NCBI GenBank assembly: GCA_951406725.2
Contig: OX597823.1
Span: forward strand, 46,066,001 to 46,130,000
Length of the DNA stretch: 64,000 nucleotides
Direction of reading: 5' to 3'
Source: Octopus vulgaris
Lineage: Eukaryota
A program made the position numbers and the translations under genes. Below, piece after piece: positions 12,844 through 24,514 of the stretch (its first letter is position 1; every line of letters starts with the position of its first letter). The notes beneath the pieces are model-generated. The model saw nothing but the letters and a program-made list of their open reading frames with translations. It searched no databases and was not told where the DNA came from.

Positions 12844-13560
12844 TCACCATTATTTCTTCTCCGGTCCCTATCTTTTTGTTCTCCTCGGGGAAGGGAGTTT
12901 TGTCTTGTACCCATGCGGTTTTAGCAGGGCTTCCGATGTGCAAAGCGACAGTTTGCACCATCATCACCGTACCAGCAGTATCCTGGCTGGTAAAATTTGC
13001 AAATGATCCCACTTTTGCGCTTGTAACTTCTGTAGCTTCTGCCCCAGATGACCGCAGCTCTAAATGTTAAGGAAAATCTCAGATAGGTTCAAAAAATTTA
13101 AATAAAAATATATTCTGCTATGGGTCGATATATATCAGTTTTTAAATATAACAATGTATCAGTCATTAAAATATTAAAACATAAATATGAATTCATAAAT
13201 ATATAAAACATTTATAAATAGATGTGTTAAATTAGGTTAGAACGGCGTGGTAAAATTTAATTAAGAATAAATATGAATAAAAATATGCTCTTACAATAAA
13301 CAAAGAAACTTTACTATATATGTGTGTGTGTGAGTACATGTGATCAATGAGTATATGTGTCTTTGTGTCTATGTTTGTTGCCTATCACCGCTTGACAACG
13401 GGTGTTAGTGTGTTTACGGCCTCATAACTTAATGGATTGGTAAAAAAAAATCGATAGAATAAGTACTGGGGTTTTTAAAAAATGACTGGTGTCGATTCGT
13501 TCGGCTAATGATTTTTAAATACGGAGCCTCAGCATGACCGCAGTCTATTAACTGAAATGA
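12632..13560 (+). mobile_element. SINE family A split by an insertion in its internal microsatellite
   Basis: Head 12632-12780, then (TA)n, ~480 bp of foreign sequence, then (TG)n and family A tail ~13320-13560 (cttgacaacgggtgttagtgtgttta...gatagaataagtact...gcatgaccgcagtc). Confidence 0.7.
12845..13070 (-). pseudogene. Fragment encoding a CCCH-type zinc finger (probably retroelement-derived)
   Basis: Manual translation: ...SYKRKSGII-CKFYQPGYCWYGDDGANCRFAH-RKPC*; C-x7-C-x8-C-x3-H. Confidence 0.6.
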
Positions 13561-13661
13561 AAATATAATTACTTACATATGTATGTATGTTTATGGTGTA
13601 TATCCTCTATTTATCTCTCTCCCTCTCTCTCTGTATGTATATGTGTGTATGTGTGTGTGTG

Positions 13662-13692
<31 letters not shown>

Positions 13693-13798
13693 GTTTCTAT
13701 CTGAGGGTGTATGCAAAGGTTTGAGCCTTGTACCTTCATCAGAAGTGTTGTACCATGTTTTGTTTTTTGAGGCTCAAGACTTTTTCATACCTACATAT

Positions 13799-13831
<33 letters not shown>

Positions 13832-13967
13832 TATATATATGTATATATGTATATGTATATATGCATATATATACTTATATATATGTATGTGTATATATAT
13901 ATACATACACACACATATATATACATATATATCTATATAAATATGTATATACACACATATATCTATA

Positions 13968-14021
<54 letters not shown>

Positions 14022-14052
14022 TGCATATATGGATACATATATATATATGCAC

Positions 14053-14091
<39 letters not shown>

Positions 14092-14825
14092 CATATACAC
14101 ATACAAATGTATGCATAATTATACTTAAGTGTCTGTGCGATTTATACACATGCTCTATAAATAATTGTATAAAAGAAATTGTGCGAAAGCAATAGATGAA
14201 GTATACAAAGCTGAACAGCAAGTGAACATAGTGGTTTTTCGAGATACTTAAATCCTATATTTGACCTTCAGAATGATTCACAAAAGCTCACTAGTCAAAC
14301 TTTCCCAATGGTGTCTTTCATTTTTGTATCGCCCATCCATTAAAAATGGAAATTCTATTCAAAAATAGTTGTTTTCATTCGTAAACATTGACACTGTGCC
14401 ATGTTTTCGCTATGCCCACCTACTGCCATTCACGAAGCCTAGCTCTGTTTCTGATACATAAAGTTAGCTATTCATTATCAGAAAGAAAGGGCTAGTCAGC
14501 GTCTCAAACTTCTATTCCCGGTGCAACACTTTGCAACTCTATATATAAAAGTATTCCGCGGCTTGACCCGGAAACCAAGCGAATGATGTCTGGCTGTGAA
14601 CCTAATGACCAAACCGGAAGTGTCAGTCCACAACACTATGAAGGATGAGAGCAACAATCAAACCTTTGTATCTAATTGATCGATAGATATATTAATCATA
14701 CTTTGATATTGTCACCGACAAAAGGGATGGTTAATAACCCTTTTGAGAAATTGGATTTCGAAATATGATCCCATTTGGGGAATAGTGAACGAATATAAAT
14801 AGAATTATAATAATGATAAAGACGG

Positions 14826-14860
14826 CAGCTGCAGCAGCAGCAGCAGCAGCAGCAGCAGCG

Positions 14861-14904
<44 letters not shown>

Positions 14905-15002
14905 TGTAGTAGTAGTAGTTGTAGTAGAATGAGGAGGAGGGGGAGGGGAGAGATGGAGGAGGAGGTGAGAGATGGAGAAGTGGAGGAGGAGGTGGCGGAG
15001 GA
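14826..15002. repeat. (CAG)n-(TAG)n-(GGA)n compound trinucleotide repeat
   Basis: Direct inspection. Confidence 0.9.
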
Positions 15003-15007
15003 AAATG

Positions 15008-15170
15008 ATTTCTTACACCAGAAGGAGGCCAGGAATTTATCTAGTAAAACGAAATCGTTTTGATAAATTCATAAGCCTAATCGTTTTACTAGATAAAATT
15101 GTGAAGTATTAGTTTATCGACCCAGGAAGAATGAATGGTAAAACTACCCATGTAGAATTTGAACTCTCCA
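15008..15170 (-). mobile_element. Highly decayed SINE family B
   Basis: tttatcgacccaggaagaatgaatggtaaa...gaatttgaactc resembles the reverse complement of the B core. Confidence 0.5.
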
Positions 15171-15229
15171 ATGTATTTTGCAGGGCTCTATTAATTCTTC
15201 TGATAGTGACTCGACCAACTGTCTACACC

Positions 15230-15430
15230 AGCCCGTCTGCAAGCTTGTTCACAGCCGGGCAGCAACGAACAGTGACATAAGAGGTTGAGAAATTATTGTT
15301 GATCACCGACTTGGGAATGCTCTGGAAAACGGTATCCAGTGAATCTATGTTCCATCATAGTTTGAATTCTCTTGGTAGTGATTCTCTATAAATGATCCCA
15401 CACAGGCTCTCAGTCTGCCCAATTTTGCAG
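15230..15430 (-). mobile_element. Possible Tc1-like transposase C-terminal remnant
   Basis: Frameshifted ES.L/WDHL and FQSIPKSVINN resemble Tc1 IEHLWD and IPQSVINNL. Confidence 0.3.
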
Positions 15431-16559
15431 TACAATAGTGAAAATCATAACAAATAATCTGAAATGTTTCCATAAGTATTAAAGGACTGGTGGTCAATCG
15501 CACAGAAAATCAGAATCGCCTATTCTTAACTATTAAAAGATTTTACAGTCACTAAGATTTAATTTTAAAACATTACTCAGTCACTCAGTCTCGAAGACAT
15601 TTTGCTTATTATGTACTGTTCTATACAGTCATTCTCAGACTATCACTTTCTGTCTTTCCTTTCTTCTTTCTTTCTTCCTCTCTCTCTCTCTCTTTGGCAT
15701 ATCGAATCACTCTAACACAAACAGTGAGTATTCACTCAAACTTGACCGCTGATTCTCATCACCGAGTCGATGTCCAAAGGACTGTTGAGTTCTTCGACTC
15801 TAAATCTCAATGTTATATGTGTTGCTTAAGCTAATTACTTTACGAATTTTCAGTATATATACTATGATGCTTTCTTTGAAATTCTCCTTTAACTTTTCTA
15901 TAAAAATCCCTGCCAATTCTTGTTTAATTAATTCAATAATTCAGTAAATTGTGCTCCACATAATTGGAGCATCTTGATTAGCTTCTGTTAACCGAATCGT
16001 TGTACAAACGTCCAGCAGATATCGACTCTGTAATGACAAATATGCGACACTTATCTAGAAATCTATTTCGAATTCTTTCTGTATACACTAAATGAATTTT
16101 CTTATGCAAATACGATCTCGAGATTCCACTTCGATTTGTTCAATGCCTTACTAGTGCATTCCAATGCAACCTATATTTCACTAGGGGTTTAAACTGTCAG
16201 CTGATTTCTGAGTCTTCACATCTAGATTTGCGGCACTCAGTACAAATCCTGTGCAAGTCTGATATACCATTTAAGTTCATTGATTAAATCTAATCAGGAC
16301 GATGGCAATAGGAAAGCTTCCAGATACCACAAGTATGCCCAACTGGTCTCTATTTGAACTATGTAGAAACTACTACCTGCCTCTTAACAATATCCATCCA
16401 TCCATACATACATACATACATATATACATATACACACACGCCTATATATATATATATATATATACATACACACATACACACATATATATATCATACTTAC
16501 ATACATATATATATGTACAAAGTGTGAGGGTTTAGTTCTCAGGTAATCTAAACGACTAG

Positions 16560-16990
16560 ACACGTTAGGTAAGTGCTGTAACGGATTAACAGGGCTCCAA
16601 GTTTATAGTCGAGACAGTAGTTATGGAGCCGTTGTAGATTTCGAAATATAGCAGATATATAAATGCTAAAGAGGACAACAAACGTTAAGGCAAGGCAAAC
16701 ATCAAAAATCATATACATCATTATTATTATTATTGGAAAACTTCAAAGTCTTACAGTTGTTTCTGGGATATTCCAGAGTATCGGATATTCCATCATCGGA
16801 AACAAATAGGGAAAATGAGAAGGTAGAGATTAATTAAATGACGACACAGGCAACAGGAGAAAACGAATAAGGAGATGAAGTAAGAGAAGAAATAAGAAGC
16901 ATCAAAGTTCACAGTTAAATTTTCCAATCAAGTAAACGTTTAGGTGCCATCTTGTGTAAATCCATGTAGATTAAAGGCCTAATAGTATAA
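16560..16990 (-). mobile_element. PLE 3' end / terminal-repeat remnant
   Basis: Minus strand YLIGKFNCEL* (resembles PLE endonuclease C-terminus) followed by a pyrimidine-rich UTR and a hammerhead-like motif. Confidence 0.55.
16748..16805 (-). ncRNA. Hammerhead ribozyme-like motif (PLE type)
   Basis: CCGATGA-tggaatatcc...ggaatatccca-GAAA-caactg-TA; one core change (U4C); near-palindromic stem III loop. Confidence 0.6.
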
Positions 16991-16991
16991 A

Positions 16992-17043
<52 letters not shown>

Positions 17044-17044
17044 G

Positions 17045-17113
<69 letters not shown>

Positions 17114-17130
17114 ATAATAATAATAATAAT
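16992..17130. repeat. (CTA)n(TAA)n microsatellite
   Basis: Direct inspection; abuts the R4/Dong-like element. Confidence 0.95.
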
Positions 17131-18815
17131 TTGGTTTATCTTCTACAAATATTCTTATTTAGCTACTGTGATGAAAAGACCGCTTTGCCATGAGGCTAGC
17201 AGTACAACGTCAAAAGAAACTTAGTTAAACATTTCTTCCACTTTTCCTTTTTTTTTTTTTTTTGTTTATCTTCTCCAAATATTCCAATCTTGCTACTGTA
17301 ATGAAAAGACCGCTTTTCCATGAGACCGATGCGCCCACCGTCTTCCCCGTATTTAAAGTGAGAGTGAGGCAATTTTTTTTTCTTCGTTCGGGACGTCGGT
17401 GACTAAACCGGCAACCCGGCAGAGCTTGCTCTGTGAGGAGGGCGTATGATTTTTGCTATTTTGACACCCTACAGGAAGGAAAAACAAGATATGTATAAAG
17501 GCTAATGGACTCTTACGAGGCAACGGCCACCAAAATAGCATATACTTAAGAGGCAGAAGCAATCATAACTCTTGAACACCCCTTCTAGGGGACGAAAACT
17601 CCAAAAATTAAACCAGGATTACAAGAATCCTATATCTTAGGGTGGCGATCCGGTCAGTGATAGTGTCATGGGAAAAAATACTGGTCTTTGTGCAATCTAA
17701 AATTCACTAACCTCATGAGTGCTGAAATGTCAAATGAAAATAGAAATGAAAATGAGAATGGAACAACTTGTGAAGGTCTCTTGACCTGCGGGTGCGCCAT
17801 AGGTGAGGAGCGTGGGCACAGACGTCATAAAGTAACTGCTAAAAGAAGGTGAACGAAAGAAATGAATATTGCTGTAATGGAGTGCTACTTTCTGGGTAAT
17901 CCGAGACATGATAATGAAGTACCCGTTAGGGGATATAGGAAAAGAATGCACAGGGCATGGCGCGACAGAGGCCTATTTGAATTAAGGGATCAAAATCCGT
18001 GTGACCAAGCTAGGGCCATAAGAAAGAAAGAATGGTTATCTCCAGTTGCATTCAGAGACGTGTGCTTAGGGATAAGACCGGCAGTGAACGGAAGGATGAG
18101 GAAGAGAATGCAGATAGTGAAACTATGGCAGTAGAGTTAAAGGAAGAAAATGAGCATAAGGCTGAGATTATTGATCAGGAAAGCTATGAGAAAACCAAGA
18201 TATCCATTTTTAATGACATCATTAATATTTTGACCTCTGGTAAACTGAGCCTTCATACGGAGTTTAAAAAAGGAGAAAGAAAAAAAAAACTCAATGAATG
18301 GGTCAGAAAGATAAATGATATCACTGGTGATATCAGGGCTGACAACATCACATACACCAACAATCTGAGGAATGCAATCTCGATCTTTATAACCCGGAAA
18401 TTAGGTTTGAAAGCCAAAGGTAAATGCCAACATAATCTGAAGGAACCATGGTGGAAAAAGAGAATAACGCAGTCTATTAACGAGATCAGAAAACATATTA
18501 ATATTCTGGAACGGAAAAAATAATTAAATGAAATTCAACGAGAGAAATATGTTGAGCTAGAGAGAAGTATAGGGTGAAGAGAAAGGGAATCAATGTTATG
18601 ATTGAGGAATTAAAACACGGGCTGAAAGCTAAAGCACATAAATTAAAGAAATATGAACACAGAATTGAGCAGTACAAATTAAACAGACTTTTCGAACAAA
18701 ATCAGAAACGAGTCTATCAGGAACTGGATGGGAAAGAAAAAGGTAAAAAAGCCGTGCTGGATTCTGAAGAAATCAAAAGATTTTGGTCAAACATATGGTC
18801 TCAGGAGAAACAACA
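17131..18815 (+). mobile_element. R4/Dong-like non-LTR retrotransposon, 5' UTR and N-terminal ORF (disrupted, RT domain absent)
   Basis: MECYFLGNP...GYRKRMHRAWRDRGLF...CDQARAIRKKEWLS; EPWWKKRI; IEELK..LKAKAHKLKKYE.RIEQYKLNRLFEQNQKRVYQEL...FWSNIW, all typical of R4/Dong N-termini; sits next to a TAA tract, the known Dong target type. Confidence 0.85.
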
Positions 18816-18874
18816 GGACATAGTCGACTAAACCCTTTTGATAAAAGGGCTAGCCTTGTCCCAAAATTTGAATA

Positions 18875-18875
<1 letters not shown>

Positions 18876-18911
<36 letters not shown>

Positions 18912-19041
18912 GTTATTGTTGTTGTTGTTTGAGAGTGCAGTGCATGCCACGAAGTTGACACTGGGGTAAAATATACGGAGCCCAGTATACCCATCACGAC
19001 TACTCGTCTTATTATTATTATTATTATCATTGTTGTTGTTG

Positions 19042-19104
<63 letters not shown>
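18876..19104. repeat. (TTA)n/(TTG)n microsatellites
   Basis: Direct inspection; interrupted by a ~80 bp repeat fragment at 18930-19010. Confidence 0.9.
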
Positions 19105-19105
<1 letters not shown>

Positions 19106-19118
19106 GGTTACTATTACT

Positions 19119-19334
19119 AAGGCGGCGAGCACGCAGAATCATTAGTACGCCGGGTAAAATGCTTTGAGGCATTTCACCCAGTTTCATGTACTGTGTTCGA
19201 ATTCCGCCTCGGTCGACAATTGTCTTTCATCTTTTCGGGGATTGATAAAATACGTACCAGTCAAGAACTGGTGATGATGTAATCAACTTATCTCCTCCCC
19301 AAAAATTTCAGGTTTCACGCCTTTAGTAGAAAGG
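19119..19334 (+). mobile_element. SINE family B
   Basis: aaggcggcgagcacgcagaatc...tcttttcggggattgataaaatacgtaccag...gtagaaagg. Confidence 0.85.
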
Positions 19335-20274
19335 ATTATTTTTATTCTTTCTTTTGTTATTCAAAGTCTTTGAAAGCATTTTAAAATTTTACTTTCAAAA
19401 CTGCATCTTTTATAAACATGGTGTCGCCTTCCACAGTCAGAAATCTGATGAGAATGGCAGAAGATGGTTGTAGAGTCAGTTGCAGCAGGTGGAAGAGAAG
19501 AGTGATTTGCAAGCGTTGACAATTCAATGGCCAAAATAATTTGACCTTTGCTCTAAAGGCAAACGAAAGGTACCTTTGCTCTAAAAGCAGTAACAACATT
19601 AAAAAAAAAAACAAAAAAAATACAAGAAGTACAGGTAATGGTAAAGCCATTCGTAATATAAAGAAATTATCTCCCTTTTTCTCTGAGAGTCAGTAGCAAC
19701 TTCCAGTGAGAATCGTTTGTCTACCTCAAAGGGAAATGTCATTAAGCTAAGAATATTTTGTGCGGCATTCCATGCATGACCCTTTGTTAAATATATTAGT
19801 GTGTGTATGTGTATGTGTCTATATAATCATAGCAGATGTATGTTTTGTAGTATTGGGGGGTGCTGGTAGTTTGAAAGTGCCAAATGATTAATGCGTCTCC
19901 TAGCAACTGAAATTCATAATCGAAATGAAATTAATGAAGCACGTACCTAAAATTTTCAAAATGCTTCCACAAATTATTGCAGCTCAATAATATTTTTCAT
20001 TTAAATATCTTACTGAATATAAATGTCATCTATATTATACTGAAGCTCAAAGTTTGTCTGTTTCCTACCATTTGATTAAGAGGATAAAGATTACAAATAA
20101 AATAGTCATTTTCCCCCTTTAAGAAAAAAAAAAAAGGTCAAGCTGAAAATGCCGACACTTCAAAGAGTCATCGTACTTCCGTCTTTCTTTCTTTCTTGTT
20201 TTCTCCCTTTAATCATCTATGTAACTTTCGGAGTGCTGTGGACTTGAAAGACAGAAATTTTCCCTATATTATGA

Positions 20275-20419
20275 GAGGAGTAGTTGTGTGGTAAGTAGCT
20301 TGCTTACCAGCCACATGGTTCCGGGTTGGGAAGGTGTCTTTTACTATAGCCTCGGGCCGACCAAGGCTTTGTGAGTGGATTTGGTAGACGGAAACTGAAA
20401 GAAGCCCGTCGTATATATG

Positions 20420-20474
<55 letters not shown>

Positions 20475-20704
20475 GTGTGTATGTGTTTGTGTGTCTGTGT
20501 TTGTCCCCCCAACATCTCTTGATAACCGATGCTGTTGTATTTATGTCCCCGTAACTTAGCGGTTCGGCAAAAGAGACCGATAGAGTAAGTAGTAGGCTTA
20601 CAAAGAATAAGTCCTGGGGTCGATTTGCTCGACTAAATGCGGTGCTCCAACATGGCCGCAGTCAGATGACTGAAACAAGTAAAAGGGTAAAAGAGTAAAG
20701 AGTA
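20275..20704 (+). mobile_element. SINE family A, near full length with internal (TA)n(TG)n
   Basis: tRNA-like head, internal microsatellite ~20411-20500, tail ending in (gtaaaaga)-type repeats. Confidence 0.9.
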
Positions 20705-20894
20705 TTTTTGAATCACAGGTACTTGATTTTTTTTTTCTTAAAGGGGAAAATTTCTAATTCATTTAAAAACAAAATATCAATCTCTATCATCTCAGTCAAA
20801 AGGCAGAAAAACAGAGCGACTATCTCTTTATAGACGAAGGTCAGTTGCAATGGGGGAAACTGAATCTCATAAGAATGGAAAAACAAACAAGAAA

Positions 20895-21410
20895 TGGGCT
20901 TTACCTCGAAATCGTTGCTTCTGTGAGGTGAGTTAAGTACGTCATCAAGTACACGCTGAAAGGAAATGCCCAAGCTGCCGTTCAAATAAACAATGATAAC
21001 AAAATTAGTCAATATCTAATCGAAGCAGCTGCATCCATTTTAGGATTTTCAATTCATGAAAGAGGACCTGCAATAGTTAGACTGCAAGTTCATCTACGAA
21101 ATGAACAGAGAATATTGTTCAGAAATAATGAAGGTATATATGACTGTCAATGAACGATATATGAGAACATCATTGACAGAATGCTGACAGAGTGATGACT
21201 TTGCAAAAAAAATTGCTATATGCTGAAGTATTCATGTATTTCACTTGAAACAGTGGTAACAAAGAATGGGAAACAAGAAAGCGAGCAAAACGGTCGAAGG
21301 CCATTTGAACGTTTTCAAAGAAACACTTGGTCATGTTTATGTTGTCACACCAAAGGCAGGAGAACTATATTATTTCAGAGTTCTATTACATGAAGTTCGA
21401 AATAGTATTT
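20895..21410 (+). pseudogene. Helitron Rep/helicase fragment
   Basis: VKYVIKYTLKG (Rep two-tyrosine motif), EAAASILGFSIHERGPAIVRLQVHLRNEQRI, LLYAEV..YFT, TLGHVYVVTPKAGELYYFRVLLHEVR. Confidence 0.9.
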
Positions 21411-21604
21411 TTCCCCTTTACCGCTGCGCATCGACATTTTCAACTTGGAGTGGTTGTGACCCAACGGGGTACGGCGGGTACATCTCATATATTAACAAAA
21501 AGATATGACATATGATGTATAAAGTAATTTACTTCCAGTAATTCACAATTATTGTGTTCAAGGTAACATGACGGTCAGAATATTTGTCTGTAACAATCCG
21601 TGTG

Positions 21605-23190
21605 TTATTAAACTTTGCAGATATTGTCTATCTTCTATTCTTTGTAATTTCAGGGAATCCAAAGAAATGCGGACAATGCTGTGATGATAAATCTCAAAAA
21701 TCTTAAGTATAGGAAGTAATATGTATTTATATAAATCTGATTAAATAATTTTTGGAATCTTACAGTTTAGTATTTTTAAAATTTGATTAATTTAGAAGTG
21801 CACCAGCTATTGTTGGATTAGTAATGCTAGTAATCTAGTTGATATTTTGTTGTCTTGCTTTGTTATTGCTTTTATATTAAGGTTGAACTCGAGGAGACGG
21901 GTGGGTTCATGGTCTTTGCAGGTCCTCCAAGCCTGTGATATTGATACCGTCAAAGTTTCACATAAATTACTGGAAGTTGATTGTGACTGAAAAAATAAAA
22001 GAGCACACAAACAAACAAACAAACAAACATATGAAGGGAAGGAATTTCAAAGGTCTGATTTCCTGCAGCTTTAGTAGTGAATGTAGTAGTTAGTGCAGAG
22101 TGAGGAAAGGACATAATATGAGTGATGAAAAGATTAGTGGAGGGTGAGGCAGAAATGCCTGAATGAAGGGATACGGATCCAATAGCGTAGCTATAGTATA
22201 AATGGTATAACTTGGAAGCAGACCAAAGATTGGCATGTAGTTGTGAGCGTCTCCACAACAATCGTTTGGATAGCTTTTTGTCGTCTAGAATATTTTTGTG
22301 GCTAGTGAAGGCGTATGGCTTAGTGGTTCGGGTATTCAGTTCACGATCGTAAGGTCATGCGTTCCATTCCTTGGCGACCTGTTGTGTCCTTGAGTATGAC
22401 AACTTATTTCATGTTGCTCCAGTCCACTCATCTGGCAAAAATGTGTTGTACTTGTTTATCAAAGAGCGAACCATGTCACATTGTGTCACGCTTAATCTAC
22501 CTGTGAATTATGCTAAGGATACGCGTGTCTGTAGAATGCTCGGCGACTTGCACGTTAATTTCACGAGCAGGGTTTTTCCTTAGTTGAATCAACTAGAACC
22601 CTTGCCGTCGTAACCGATGGAGTGCCAGTAAGAAGCACCGCCGAAAATGTAGGAGTACTATGCAAAGGTACTGCTCCCACATCGTTATAGAGGGTTACCG
22701 GTTATTGGTGAATGAAATACTTTTTGGCTTTGAATGGGAGAATCAGTCTATCCTGCGGGTATGTGTTCGCCAGGAGGTATCCTCGGTGTTAATGAAACCT
22801 AACGTTTAAGGTGATGACACGGCTTATTTTTGCATGCTCTTCATTTTTAAAGGAGAGGGACAGAACAATTGTGTTTCGCCGTCAGTGTTATTTTGAACTT
22901 TAGATATTGTATCTCAGCCTGTATATGTGCGTAGTGATGAACCTGGTAGAGAGGAATTGGATAATTTTATTGATATAGCTGGTTTTCAGTGTGCAGTTCG
23001 AAAGAAGAAGCAACCTGCAGGCGTTCTCCGCTAAAGTATTGTTCACGGGACCATCATGGCGAGAAGTAAAGCAACAGATGATTCTGCAAAATAGGTAAAA
23101 GATACTTTTGCCAAGTGAGTAAAAGAATCTGTTATAGTTTAGGAAGCGGAAGAATTTGAGGGTTGCCACGAAACTATCTGCCGCTGTTTA
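21605..23190 (-). mobile_element. Decayed repeat, possibly PLE (copy 1 of a local duplicate pair)
   Basis: Clear similarity to 25659-26520; minus-strand HFFGFPEITK resembles PLE FYGLPKIHK. Duplication is solid, family assignment is weak. Confidence 0.45.
22310..22626 (+). mobile_element. SINE family C (head type 2, tail Y)
   Basis: ggcgtatggcttagtgg...tgtgtccttgag...gctccagtccactca...gcacgttaatttcacgagcagg...cgtaaccgatggagtgcc. Confidence 0.85.
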
Positions 23191-23199
23191 GCAGTTTCC

Positions 23200-23510
23200 C
23201 AAAGACTGTATAAAAAGCATCCTCAAAGAACTGCAAATCAATGTAAAGAAGTGGGAAGAATTAACTTTAGAAAAAGACGAATGGAATAAACAAATAAGGA
23301 AAGGGTGTAAAAACTTTTGAAGAGTGTCGGCTTAAACCCGAAACCCTTAAGCGCTCAATTCAGTGCTAGATAAGAGCTGTCCCCTCCTTTTTATAGGAGG
23401 TAGTTTTCTCCGAGCATCCTATGCCGTAATCTTTTGCCTCAACAGGCATTGCATGACAATAAGTAAACACTCAGAACTTTTGGGGCTGCACGGCTTTGCT
23501 ATGTATATGG
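23200..23510 (+). mobile_element. RTE-clade LINE 3' fragment
   Basis: KDCIKSILKELQINVKKWEELTLEKDEWNKQIRKGCKNF matches the RTE C-terminal KD.LK..LK...I....WE..A.DR..W pattern. Confidence 0.7.
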
Positions 23511-24458
23511 TGTACAGTGACATCCTCCACAAAATCCAGGAGTATCATTTCAACCCTCCGCCCTGCCCTGCAGTTTCTCAAGGACGGGGTAATTAATATG
23601 CAAACGGTGAAGCTCTGACATGGTGTTTGGCCCAGTGTGACATTGGATGGTGGAATAATCTCAACTAGATAATCTTCGCAGAACGAGGGAGTTGCAGAAG
23701 CAGTTATGTTCTTGTAGTAGTTATACTTCGAGTTGAGAAAGAAATACTGCGTATTTAGTCTCGGAGACGTGTGTAGGAGTTGAAACTAAATGTAGAATGT
23801 TGATTGCTATGGTTTTGCATCTACATCAGTAACATCAGAATGGGAGCCCATGAGTCAAGAAGCGGACATTAAAGTCACCGACGCCCATGACTATGGAGAA
23901 GAACGAAGGGAGATAAATGTTATCATATATTGTCAACGACATCTAATAACAAAGACAGAGAAAATAAAGTATAAAATTTTCTTTAAATATAAATTTACAT
24001 GATATTTATTCGAAATTGCTTTTTATCGTCCTCTTCAAAAATTTACCATTTTCCCTCCTATTTTCAAACACAACAATAATGTCGCAGAAGAGCTAAACTA
24101 AATTAAATCGAAATAATAATGTACTCATAATGACGTCTAGCTTTTCAATCTGGCTTATTACCTTCGATTAATTTTCGAAAATATCCAAGAAAAACAGTAG
24201 ACAGCTCAAAGAAAATTTGCTTCCTTTCAGAATGAATTAGAGAGAATGATGTTGAACAAAATTTTGAATCAATGAGATTTGATAAATATGAAGGATTTAT
24301 GTCCCTTAGAGCTTTCAAATTATTAGTGAAGGGTAGGATAAGTGAAAAAGGAGGGAGTGTCATGTACATATGCCTGTGTTTGTGTGTATATGTGTGTTTG
24401 TGCGTATACATACACATATACATATATATATATATGCATGCATACACAAATAAATAAA

Positions 24459-24514
<56 letters not shown>

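Larger units (their letters stand above)
20029..21487 (+). mobile_element. Internally deleted Helitron (putative ends; RepHel remnant inside)
   Basis: 5' A|TCTATATTATACTGAAG..TTTGTCTGT resembles the 5' end of the 57829 Helitron; 3' imperfect GC hairpin acccaacg-gggta-cggcgggt followed by catctcat. Ends are tentative. Confidence 0.5.

Noticed and set aside
19440-19480. CTGATGAG hammerhead candidate
   Set aside because: No stem II or GAAA downstream.
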